Shown here: piece by piece, positions 7,779 through 16,037 of the stretch
Layout: every line of letters starts with the position of its first letter
Numbering within the stretch: position 1 is the first letter of the stretch
Origin: an uncultured Candidatus Saccharibacteria bacterium
Lineage (GTDB): Bacteria; Patescibacteriota; Dojkabacteria; SC72
Direction of reading: 5' to 3'
NCBI GenBank assembly: GCA_964502535.1
Contig: CAZCWY010000006.1
Location: 1-22,917 of the forward strand
DNA length: 22,917 nucleotides
The notes under the pieces: generated by a model
Database searches by the model: none
Seen by the model: the letters and a program-made list of their open reading frames with translations, nothing else
What the model was told of the DNA's origin: nothing
Program-made: the position numbers and the translations under genes

Positions 7779-8459
7779 TTACTTTCTTAGTCCTTTAATG
7801 AATTTTAATATCTTCTTTTTATGCTTTATAAACGTTTTTATTATTACGTAGAGGATAATAAAGGCTAGTATCCATTTGTTAAACAGATTCACATATTTTT
7901 TAATAGTTTCTAAATCACCTCCAACTCTTAATCCCATATATGCAATTAGAAGTGAATAAACATAGGAGCCTAAAAATACACTTGCAGAAAAAAAGAACAC
8001 ATTAACTCCCAGAAACCCTGCAGCTACACCTGATACAACTCTTAGATATGGAATAAATCGGGATAAAAAGATATATATATGTCCATGTTTAATAATTTGA
8101 TCTGAACTTTTTGCAAAGTTATCATCATTTATTCCCAAAAATTTTCCTTTTCCATTTAGCCATTTATTAATATTCTTTCCAGAGAATATCTTTCCAATGA
8201 AATATGTTGGAAATGCTCCGACAAACTCCCCTGCTGCAGAAGCAAAAGCAATAGACCAGATGCTGTATTCTTTGCTTGCTGCAAGTATTGCCATAACTAT
8301 TTCAGTTGGAAATATTCCAATTGCTGAAATAAATACCCCCCAGTTACCAAACTTTACTAAGATTTCAAATAATTTTGTTATAAAAAAGTCAATCATTGTT
8401 ATATAGAATGTTATCAGAAAATATATTAACTTAAAAATATCTTTTAAAAATATCTTCAA
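7779..8459 (-). CDS. DedA/VTT-family membrane protein
   Basis: Multi-TM protein with DedA-like segments (GIFPTEIVMAILAAS; SRFIPYLRVVSGVAAGFLG). The true start may be the internal Met at MIDFFITKLFE (nt 8396). Confidence 0.7.
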   Translation of the reverse strand: MKIFLKDIFKLIYFLITFYITMIDFFITKLFEILVKFGNWGVFISAIGIFPTEIVMAILAASKEYSIWSIAFASAAGEFVGAFPTYFIGKIFSGKNINKWLNGKGKFLGINDDNFAKSSDQIIKHGHIYIFLSRFIPYLRVVSGVAAGFLGVNVFFFSASVFLGSYVYSLLIAYMGLRVGGDLETIKKYVNLFNKWILAFIILYVIIKTFIKHKKKILKFIKGLRK

Positions 8460-8477
8460 TACGATACACTTTAGTAT

Positions 8478-9254
8478 ATGGAAGAAAATTTTAAAAAGAG
8501 GAGTGTAGTACTTAATAGGGTAAAGAGAGTTCCATTTGTTGTTTTTCTAAAAAGAATTCTTCCACTATTATTATCTATTTTTATTATTTTCCTTTCTTTC
8601 ATCTTTGGTTTATGGAATGTTAAGAAGTTTGATTACAACATCAGTAAACCTAAAAATGTTACCACTGAGGAATTAGATTCTTACCTATCAGTTATTAAAG
8701 GAAGGAATATATTTATATTAAATCCAAATGAAGTTATTAATACAATCTTAAATAGTAATGGATTTGTGAAAGAGGTTACTGTTAAAAAAATATTACCTAG
8801 TACTCTTCAAATAAATATTAAAGAGTATTCTCCTTTCTATATTGGTTATTCTTCTAATAGATGTATTCTTTTTGCTGATACTGGAGAGTTAATTAAAGAG
8901 ATTTGTAAAGAGTGTGAGACAGGGTGTAGGAGGGAGAGTGATACTTCTAAAATGGTATATATTAATTCAAATAGTGTAATTGAAAGTAATGATAGGTTAA
9001 TCTTTTTTGAGGAAATATATAAAGTGGAATCCCTTCTATTTGAATTTAACTATTCAATTTCTACTCTTAGTATTATGGATGGAATCGCAATATTCAAAGA
9101 TACACAAGAGCATTCTTTTACTTTTGATCTTTCTAACCAATTAGAGGATCAATTAGCTAGAATGTATTTGATTGGGACTAAAATTAACAAAGATATGATA
9201 CAATATACTAGTTTAGACTTGAGATTTGAAAGACCCGTGATGAATATTAAGTAG
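8478..9254 (+). CDS. ftsQ: Cell-division protein FtsQ/DivIB (POTRA domain)
   Basis: Short cytoplasmic tail and a single TM (LPLLLSIFIIFLSFIFGLW). POTRA-like segment (NIFILNPNEVINTILNSNGFVKEVTVKKILPSTLQINIKE). It sits directly upstream of ftsA-ftsZ. Confidence 0.75.
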   Translation: MEENFKKRSVVLNRVKRVPFVVFLKRILPLLLSIFIIFLSFIFGLWNVKKFDYNISKPKNVTTEELDSYLSVIKGRNIFILNPNEVINTILNSNGFVKEVTVKKILPSTLQINIKEYSPFYIGYSSNRCILFADTGELIKEICKECETGCRRESDTSKMVYINSNSVIESNDRLIFFEEIYKVESLLFEFNYSISTLSIMDGIAIFKDTQEHSFTFDLSNQLEDQLARMYLIGTKINKDMIQYTSLDLRFERPVMNIK

Positions 9255-9380
9255 ATTTTTATTGACATTACATTAATACTTTGTGAAAATTGTAATTGGT
9301 TCTTGCTAAGTGAGTTCTTTTTGACTATATTATATACAACAAGATATAAATTTAAGTAAAATTTGACTGCTCTTAAATAT

Positions 9381-10670
9381 ATGGCACGTAAAACAATAAC
9401 AGCAATTGATGTAGGCTCATCTAAGATTACAACAGTAATCTCTTCTGTTGAAGATAATCAAACGCCCTCTGTAATAGGAGTATGTTCATATCCAAGTAAA
9501 GGAATTAAGAAAGGTGTAGTAGTAAATATTGATGATGCTACTAATGCTATCTCTGAGAGTGTAATGGCGGCTGAAAGAATGGCAGGTGTTACTGTCTCAG
9601 ATGTATATGTTTCAATTAATGGTGAGTTAGTTACTAGTTTAAATAATAAAGGGGTAGTAGCTGTTGCTAGTGCAGAGATTACAGTAGATGATACATACAG
9701 AGCTATTGAGAATGCTAGAACGCTTTCCTTACCGGACAATTTAAATCCTATTCATATTATTCCTAGAGAGTTTGTAGTTGATAATCAGGGTGGAATTAGA
9801 TATCCAATTGGAATGTCAGGTAGTAGACTGGAGGTTGAAACTCATATAATTACTGCGCCTAATTCGTATTGGCAAAATCTTAAGAAGTGTGTTGAACAGT
9901 TAGGTTTAAATGTATTTGATGTTGTATTTACAGGTTGGGCTTCTTCTTTGTCTGTTTTAACTGATACAGAAAAAGAATTGGGTGTTACTCTTTTAGATAT
10001 AGGTGCTGGTACTACGAGTATTTCAATTTTTGAAGAGGGCTCCGTTATATATAGTGGTACTATTCCCTTAGGTGGTATTAATGTTACAAGTGATATTGCA
10101 ATTGGTTTACAAGTTTCTTTGGAAGATGCAGAAAAGATTAAGGTGCATATGAATGATCTTTTTGAAAACAAAACAAAGTCTAAGAAAGCATCATCTGATT
10201 CTACACCAGCTTTACTTCGAAAGATTGAAGAAGAGGAACCAAAATTAAAAAAGGGTGATGAGATTGATCTTTCTTTCTTGGATATTTCTGGAAAAAGAGT
10301 ATCTAAGGAGATGTTGAAAAATATTGTTGAAGCTAGATGTGAAGAGATTTTTGAAATGGCAAGAGACAATGTAGCGAAAGCAGGATTTAAGATAAATATG
10401 CCTGCAGGAGTTGTTCTTACGGGAGGTTCTTCTTTGCTTAAGGATCTTTCTAAGTTTACACAGGGAATATTTGGAGTAGCTTCTAGAATAGGGTATCCTT
10501 CAGGTTTAAATGGGATGATTGAAGAGATTTCAGATCCTTCTTTTGCATGTGTTCAGGGTTTGGTAAAATATGCACTTGATGATGATGGTGATTCCGAATC
10601 AATAAAGACAAAGAGTAGTAGCACTTTTAAGCATAGAGTAGTAGAATGGTTTAAATCATTAATTCCGTAA
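9381..10670 (+). CDS. ftsA: Cell-division protein FtsA
   Basis: Actin-fold phosphate-1 motif AIDVGSSKITTV, LDIGAGTTSISIF, VLTGGSSLL and a C-terminal amphipathic helix (RVVEWFKSLIP). The ORF track starts at TTG 9363; ATG 9381 gives the canonical N-terminus. Confidence 0.9.
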   Translation: MARKTITAIDVGSSKITTVISSVEDNQTPSVIGVCSYPSKGIKKGVVVNIDDATNAISESVMAAERMAGVTVSDVYVSINGELVTSLNNKGVVAVASAEITVDDTYRAIENARTLSLPDNLNPIHIIPREFVVDNQGGIRYPIGMSGSRLEVETHIITAPNSYWQNLKKCVEQLGLNVFDVVFTGWASSLSVLTDTEKELGVTLLDIGAGTTSISIFEEGSVIYSGTIPLGGINVTSDIAIGLQVSLEDAEKIKVHMNDLFENKTKSKKASSDSTPALLRKIEEEEPKLKKGDEIDLSFLDISGKRVSKEMLKNIVEARCEEIFEMARDNVAKAGFKINMPAGVVLTGGSSLLKDLSKFTQGIFGVASRIGYPSGLNGMIEEISDPSFACVQGLVKYALDDDGDSESIKTKSSSTFKHRVVEWFKSLIP

Positions 10671-10707
10671 ACTGCCTAGAATATAAACTGTAAGGTTAAT
10701 TTAGAGT

Positions 10708-11946
10708 ATGTTAGTTACAACAAATGTAGATCCCGTTGCCAAGATTAAAGTAATTGGAGTCGGAGGGGGAGGCTGTAATGCAATTAACACAATGTTAACA
10801 GATTACGATATCCCAGGTGTTGAGTTTATGGCTTTTAATACAGATGCTCAAACTCTTAAGTTATCTAAAGCTCCTGTTACTTTACAATTAGGGGAAACCC
10901 TTACTAAAGGTCTTGGAGTAGGTGGTAATCAAGAATTAGGGGCACAAGCTGCTGAGGAGAGTTTAGATCAGATTCAGGAGCACCTAGAGGGTGCTGATAT
11001 GGTATTTATCACTGCAGGTATGGGTGGTGGAACTGGTACAGGAGCTGCTCCCATTATTGCAGGTGTAGCAAAAAATATGGGTGCTTTAACTGTTGCAGTT
11101 GTAACAAAGCCTTTTGATTTTGAAGGTAATAGAAGAAGAGAGATAGCAGAAGAGGGTATTAATACTCTTAGAGACAAAGTAGATACATTAATAGTTGTTC
11201 CAAATCAAAGATTATTAGAAATTGCTGATGCAAATATATCCTTTATTGAAGCTATGAAAATGGTTGATTCTGTTTTAGCAGAGGGAGTAAATAGTATTTC
11301 AACATTAATCAGTCAGACTGGATATATTAATGCAGATTTTAATGACGCAAAATCAGTTATGCAAAATGCTGGTACAGCTTTAATGGGAATAGGTAGAGCA
11401 AGTGGAGAAAAGAGGGCAGAATTGGCTGCAAGAGAAGCAACCTCTTCTCCTTTATTGGATATGTCTATTGAAGGTGCAACAGGAGTTCTTTACAATATCG
11501 TAGGTGCTGATTTAACCCTACCTGAGATTAGTATGGTATCTGAATTAATTCAGGAAGCGGTTGATCCATCTGCTAATATAAAGTTTGGTGCTCAAATAGA
11601 TCCTTCATTAGGAGAGGAATTGATAATTACAATTGTAGCTACAGGCTTTGACGAAAAGAAACAAGTATTTACTAAACAACAGAAAGGTGATGAAGATGAT
11701 ACAGATATATTTGGATTAGGAACTGTATCTAACACAATTAATTCTTTCGAAGATGAAAAGCCACAAAAAGAAAATGAAAAGATATTTGATATTCAAGATG
11801 ATGATATACAATCTGACTTAGACAGTGAACAGGATGTGTATAAAGGTGCAACTTTAAAAGAAGAAAATACACCAGATGATGACTTCGATGATCCTTTAGA
11901 CAAGCCTGCTTTTATGAGAAAGATGTTTTCTGGAAAGAAGAAGTAG
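10708..11946 (+). CDS. ftsZ: Cell-division GTPase FtsZ
   Basis: Tubulin signature GGGTGTGAAP, NTDAQ and the T7 loop region. An acidic linker is followed by a conserved C-terminal peptide (DKPAFMRK). Confidence 0.97.
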   Translation: MLVTTNVDPVAKIKVIGVGGGGCNAINTMLTDYDIPGVEFMAFNTDAQTLKLSKAPVTLQLGETLTKGLGVGGNQELGAQAAEESLDQIQEHLEGADMVFITAGMGGGTGTGAAPIIAGVAKNMGALTVAVVTKPFDFEGNRRREIAEEGINTLRDKVDTLIVVPNQRLLEIADANISFIEAMKMVDSVLAEGVNSISTLISQTGYINADFNDAKSVMQNAGTALMGIGRASGEKRAELAAREATSSPLLDMSIEGATGVLYNIVGADLTLPEISMVSELIQEAVDPSANIKFGAQIDPSLGEELIITIVATGFDEKKQVFTKQQKGDEDDTDIFGLGTVSNTINSFEDEKPQKENEKIFDIQDDDIQSDLDSEQDVYKGATLKEENTPDDDFDDPLDKPAFMRKMFSGKKK

Positions 11947-11950
11947 TACA

Positions 11951-12172
11951 GTGATTATTGAAGTTTCTGTTAAAACTTCTGCTAAGGTAAGTAGTATTAA
12001 AAAAGAAGGAATAATCTATTATATTTCTTTAAAAAGTAAGCCTTTTCATAATAGCGCTAATATTGAATTGATAGATGTTCTTTCTTCCTATTTTGATGTA
12101 TTAAAATCCTCTGTTGTAATATTAAAAGGTTTTAAAAACAGAAGAAAGTTAATTGAGATTAAGGGTATATGA
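11951..12172 (+). CDS. DUF167 (YggU-like) small protein
   Basis: The 73-aa sequence matches the DUF167 pattern: V-V-K--A, then KPFHNSANIELIDVLSSYFDVLKSSVVILKGFKNRRKLIEIKG (canonical PP-DGKAN--L---LA--L-V-KS-V-I--G--SR-K-V-I-G). GTG start 4 nt after the ftsZ stop, and its stop overlaps the ftsW start (ATGA). Confidence 0.6.
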   Translation: MIIEVSVKTSAKVSSIKKEGIIYYISLKSKPFHNSANIELIDVLSSYFDVLKSSVVILKGFKNRRKLIEIKGI

Positions 12173-13476
12173 ATCTAATTAAAAAAGAGAAAAAAGGTTT
12201 AAAATTAGATCTATTTATCTTTATACCAACCGTAATTATTTCTATAATTGGGATAGTTACCCTGTTATCAACAACAATTGAAAGTAACGGACAATTTGGG
12301 GATTTAGATATCTTTAATAAACAGATTGTATTTTTAATTATTGGTTTTATAGTTTTTTTTATTACCTCCTTTATTGATATTTCATTATTAAAGTATTCCC
12401 AAATAATAATTCCTATTTATCTTCTTACAATAGTTCTATTAGCTTTAGTATATTTAATAGGACCAGTTATTAACAATGTACAAAGATGGTTAATAATTGG
12501 AGGAGTACAGGTTCAACCTTCGGAGATTGCTAAGATAACGGTTATTTTAACAACAGCAAGCATATTTTCACTCAAGAATAAATATAACCAATGGGTTTTA
12601 CTATTAGTATCTTTAATTCTTTTACTACCAATATTTTTACTAATATATTTTGAGCCAGCAGGAAGTATGTCCTTTTTAACCTTAATTATTTGGTTTATTG
12701 TCGCATTTACAGGCTTAAGTAATCAATTGAGAAATAGCATTGCCTTATTAATAATTGGGCTAATTTCTTCTTCTATGTTTTTAATTAGTTTTACAACTAA
12801 TTGGATATACGTCTTATTTTCTATCTTAGCAGTAATTATCGCTATATTTGGTTTTTACTACAGAAAAAGTTGGAAAATAGTTGTTGTAGTTAGCTTAGCA
12901 ATTGGTTTTCTAATTGGTTCTTTTTCCATACTTCTTTACAGTAACATTTTAAAGGATTACCAGAAGGATAGGATTGAGGCATTTCTTAATCCTACTCAAA
13001 GTAGTAAGGATATTGGATTTAATGTAAATCAAGCGAGAATTGCAATAGGATCAGGTCAGATTTTTGGTAAAGGATTTGGTAATGGAACACAAAGTAAAAG
13101 AGATTTTATACCTGAGCATCAAACAGATTTCATTTTTGCTTCATATGCAGAAGAGTTTGGATTAATTGGTTGTCTTTTCTTAATTACACTTTACGGGATA
13201 TTAATAGTGCGTATTCTTGTTGTTTCTCTTGATAAATCTGGTAATACCCTGTATTCAATAATTCTAGTAGGTATAGCTTTGAAAATTTTATTAGAAATCT
13301 TTATTAATATTGGAACTAATATGGGGGTAATACCTGCAACAGGTATACCACTACCCTTAGTTAGTTCAGGTGGAACAATTACTTTAGTAACACTCTTTTC
13401 TTTAGGAGTAGTTCAAAGTATAATAAGTAGAAGTTCTACCCATAGAACAGAAAAGAGTATAATTGACAATTATTGA
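12169..13476 (+). CDS. ftsW: SEDS-family peptidoglycan glycosyltransferase (FtsW/RodA)
   Basis: About ten TM segments. Conserved SEDS motifs include QPSEIAK, IPEHQTDFIFASYAEEFGLIG and PATGIPLPLVSSGGT. FtsW versus RodA cannot be decided from sequence alone; the ftsW label comes from context. Confidence 0.85.
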   Translation: MNLIKKEKKGLKLDLFIFIPTVIISIIGIVTLLSTTIESNGQFGDLDIFNKQIVFLIIGFIVFFITSFIDISLLKYSQIIIPIYLLTIVLLALVYLIGPVINNVQRWLIIGGVQVQPSEIAKITVILTTASIFSLKNKYNQWVLLLVSLILLLPIFLLIYFEPAGSMSFLTLIIWFIVAFTGLSNQLRNSIALLIIGLISSSMFLISFTTNWIYVLFSILAVIIAIFGFYYRKSWKIVVVVSLAIGFLIGSFSILLYSNILKDYQKDRIEAFLNPTQSSKDIGFNVNQARIAIGSGQIFGKGFGNGTQSKRDFIPEHQTDFIFASYAEEFGLIGCLFLITLYGILIVRILVVSLDKSGNTLYSIILVGIALKILLEIFINIGTNMGVIPATGIPLPLVSSGGTITLVTLFSLGVVQSIISRSSTHRTEKSIIDNY

Positions 13477-13500
13477 TTTATAACTTAAAATCCTTTGGTC

Positions 13501-13833
13501 ATGAATAAAACAGAGAAAAAAGAAAAATTTGCGGTAATCAAGATTTCTGGAATACAATTAAAAGTATACGAAGGAATCGAGTACGAGATAAACAAACTTG
13601 ATGGTAAGAAAGGTGATAAATTAGAAATATCTGATGTATTACTCGTTGTTGATGGTGATGATGTTAAAATTGGGAATCCATTAGTAGAAGGTAGTAAAGT
13701 TTCTCTTGAGATTACTTCCCAAAAGAAAGACAAAAAGATAGACGTATTTAAATATAAAGCTAAATCTAGATATAGAAGAAGCTTTGGATATAGAGCATTA
13801 ATTAGTAGAGTATTAGTAACAAAGATAGTCTAA
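13501..13833 (+). CDS. rplU: 50S ribosomal protein L21
   Basis: FAVIKISGIQLKVYEG...KIDVFKYKAKSRYRRSFGYR matches the L21 pattern. ATG 13501 is preferred over the TTG at 13495. Confidence 0.9.
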   Translation: MNKTEKKEKFAVIKISGIQLKVYEGIEYEINKLDGKKGDKLEISDVLLVVDGDDVKIGNPLVEGSKVSLEITSQKKDKKIDVFKYKAKSRYRRSFGYRALISRVLVTKIV

Positions 13834-14999
13834 TGCGATATTTTTTTGAATGTGGTAACTTTTTTGATTTCTCCCTTGCAGAGCTTTCTGCAGTATTTGA
13901 ATCATTTAATCTCTCCAAAGATAGTATACATAAAGTAAGTAATACAATCCTTTTAGTAGAAAGTAGTACTATTACCTCTTCTCTAATGGAGCAAGTTTTC
14001 AAAAGATTAGGAGGTTTTATTAGATATGGTGAGGTAATAGAGGATTTAGATTCATTTTTAAATCCATATTTTGAAAAGAAAAAAGTAACATATGGAATAT
14101 CAATTTTAGGAGACAACCTTCTTACGATTAAAGATGTCCAAAGATTAGCAAACGAGATTAAGAGAGGATTTAGAACTAACAAAATCGGAGTTAGATTTAT
14201 TCTACCTAAAACAAGAGAATTAAATGCTGCGCAGATATATAACAATAAGGTGTTAGAAAATGGTTTTGAGTTATGTATTTTTCAATCTAACAATGAAAAT
14301 TTGTATGGTAAGACTTTGGGTATTCAAGACATATACTCTTTTGTAAAAAGAGATACTCAAAGGCCAGAGGCTGATTTTGAAATGGGTGTTTTGCCACAAA
14401 AGTTAGCTAGAATAATGTGTAATCTAACAGGAATTAAGGAAGGTATAATATGGGATCCTTTTTGTGGTAGTGGTACTATTTTAATGGAAGCCGCAGTTTT
14501 AGGATTTGATATCTTAGGTACAGATATTGATTTAATAGCACTAGATTCTCTTTCTAAAAATATTCAATGGTTATCAAATGAAAAATTAATTACGGATATA
14601 AAGTACAATATATTTCAATTAGATATTAATAATGTTGAGAGGAAGGTTTTGAAAGATTTAAAAAGAACTCCAATTAATGCAATTGTATGTGAGCCTTTTA
14701 TGGGTCCACCACAAAAAAAAGTTTTAACTGAGTTCAAGGCGAAAGAGTTAATTGAAGATATTACAAAACTATATAACAATTTCTTTAATGTAGTTAATCA
14801 GATGAGTAGTAAAGGATTTAAGATTGTATTAATACTTCCTTCATATAAAACTAAAAAAGGTTGGATAGATATTAATATATCCCAATTTATTGAAAAGAAA
14901 TGGGATGTGTTAAATAGAAGCTATACTAAAGGGGACTTGAAATGGAAGAGGATAAATAGTATTATTGCAAGGAATATTTTCATACTCGAAAAGAGATAG
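13833..14999 (+). CDS. Class I SAM-dependent methyltransferase, Trm11/UPF0020-like (probable RNA methyltransferase)
   Basis: SAM motif I DPFCGSGTILMEAAVLG plus GTDID. Upstream segment LPQKLARIMCNL is typical of the Trm11/TrmG10/RlmL-type family. The motif IV position reads CEPFMGPP instead of (D/N)PP(Y/F). The start overlaps the rplU stop (TAATG). Confidence 0.7.
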   Translation: MRYFFECGNFFDFSLAELSAVFESFNLSKDSIHKVSNTILLVESSTITSSLMEQVFKRLGGFIRYGEVIEDLDSFLNPYFEKKKVTYGISILGDNLLTIKDVQRLANEIKRGFRTNKIGVRFILPKTRELNAAQIYNNKVLENGFELCIFQSNNENLYGKTLGIQDIYSFVKRDTQRPEADFEMGVLPQKLARIMCNLTGIKEGIIWDPFCGSGTILMEAAVLGFDILGTDIDLIALDSLSKNIQWLSNEKLITDIKYNIFQLDINNVERKVLKDLKRTPINAIVCEPFMGPPQKKVLTEFKAKELIEDITKLYNNFFNVVNQMSSKGFKIVLILPSYKTKKGWIDINISQFIEKKWDVLNRSYTKGDLKWKRINSIIARNIFILEKR

Positions 15000-15021
15000 T
15001 TAAATTAATTAATATTGAGAA

Positions 15022-15291
15022 ATGTCACATGTAGTAGGAGCAGGTAGCGTTACAATGGGAGGACATGTTGCAGGTAAGAGACTTGGTGTTAAGAAATACG
15101 AAGGAGAGTTAGTTTCATCTGGTAATATAATCCTTAAACAGAGGGGTTCAGTATATCATCCTGGAAAAAATACATACTCTTCAAAAGATTACTCAATTCA
15201 TGCTAAAAAAGATGGTATTGTAAAATTTAGAAGAATGAGTGGTTTCAAAAGAGGTCAGTACTTCGTAGATGTGGTAGAATCTCTACAGTAG
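15022..15291 (+). CDS. rpmA: 50S ribosomal protein L27 with a divergent N-terminal tail
   Basis: KRLGVKKYEGELVSSGNIILKQRGSVYHPGKN aligns with the canonical L27 core (KRLGVKRFGG...IIVRQRGTKFHAG). Confidence 0.9.
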   Translation: MSHVVGAGSVTMGGHVAGKRLGVKKYEGELVSSGNIILKQRGSVYHPGKNTYSSKDYSIHAKKDGIVKFRRMSGFKRGQYFVDVVESLQ

Positions 15292-15293
15292 AG

Positions 15294-16037
15294 ATGAGTA
15301 AACAAAGATTTATCCAAATAGAGAGTAAGAATGCGTTATTAGAACTACTTCGTGAGGGTAGGGATTTTGAACGCATATATTTAGCTAGTAGTGCTTACAG
15401 AGATGAGAAAACTAAAGAGATAGTACAGTTAGCATCTGAAAAACATATTCCAATTCTTAGAGTACCTAAAAAAACATTAATGAGAAGACTTCGTGCTTCT
15501 ACTTCTGAGAGTGTAGTAGGGATGATGATTTCTCAAAATCAATGGGAGTTAGGAGATCTGTTTAAGAGTATCTATTCTCAAAATAAGATGCCTTTCTTTA
15601 TTATCTTAGATGATCTCAAATATACCCAAAACATTGCAGCAATAATGAGAACTGCATTTGCAACTGGTGTTAATGGAATAATAACTCATCCTAGTGAAGT
15701 TAATCTCGTTACTGATGAAACTATTAGAATTTCAATGGGAGCAGCTGAGCGAATTCCTTTAGTAGAAATGAATCTTTATACTGCAGTTAAAGAATTGAAA
15801 AAAGAGGGGATGAAAATCTTTGGAATTCATATGGAAGGAGAAACATATTACAATGTTGATTTGACTGGTCCATGTGCCTTTATACTTGGTTCTGAAGACT
15901 CTGGTATTTCTACCGGTATGCTTGAAAGAGTTGATCAAAAAGTTTCAATACCTATGAGAGAGGGAATAGGTTCACTTAATGTTAGTGTTAGTGCAGGTGT
16001 ATTAATGTATGATAAGCTAAGACAAGAAGTTAGTTAA
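15294..16037 (+). CDS. SpoU/TrmH-family RNA 2'-O-methyltransferase (RlmB-like)
   Basis: N-terminal SpoU substrate-binding-like region. SPOUT motifs NIAAIMRTAFATG, FILGSEDSGIS and IPMREGIGSLNVSVSAGVLMY. Confidence 0.85.
   Translation: MSKQRFIQIESKNALLELLREGRDFERIYLASSAYRDEKTKEIVQLASEKHIPILRVPKKTLMRRLRASTSESVVGMMISQNQWELGDLFKSIYSQNKMPFFIILDDLKYTQNIAAIMRTAFATGVNGIITHPSEVNLVTDETIRISMGAAERIPLVEMNLYTAVKELKKEGMKIFGIHMEGETYYNVDLTGPCAFILGSEDSGISTGMLERVDQKVSIPMREGIGSLNVSVSAGVLMYDKLRQEVS

Noticed and set aside
9255-9380. Sigma70-like hexamers in the largest intergenic spacer (ftsQ-ftsA). One candidate is TTGACA at 9262-9267 with TGnGAAAAT 17 nt downstream. The other is TTGACT at 9321-9326 with TATAAA 18 nt downstream. 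There is also a weak ATTACA/TGTAAT inverted repeat.
   Set aside because: These are plausible ftsA/ftsZ promoters. In sequence this AT-rich, however, such matches are expected by chance, and I cannot score them against a background model. They are therefore not reported as features.
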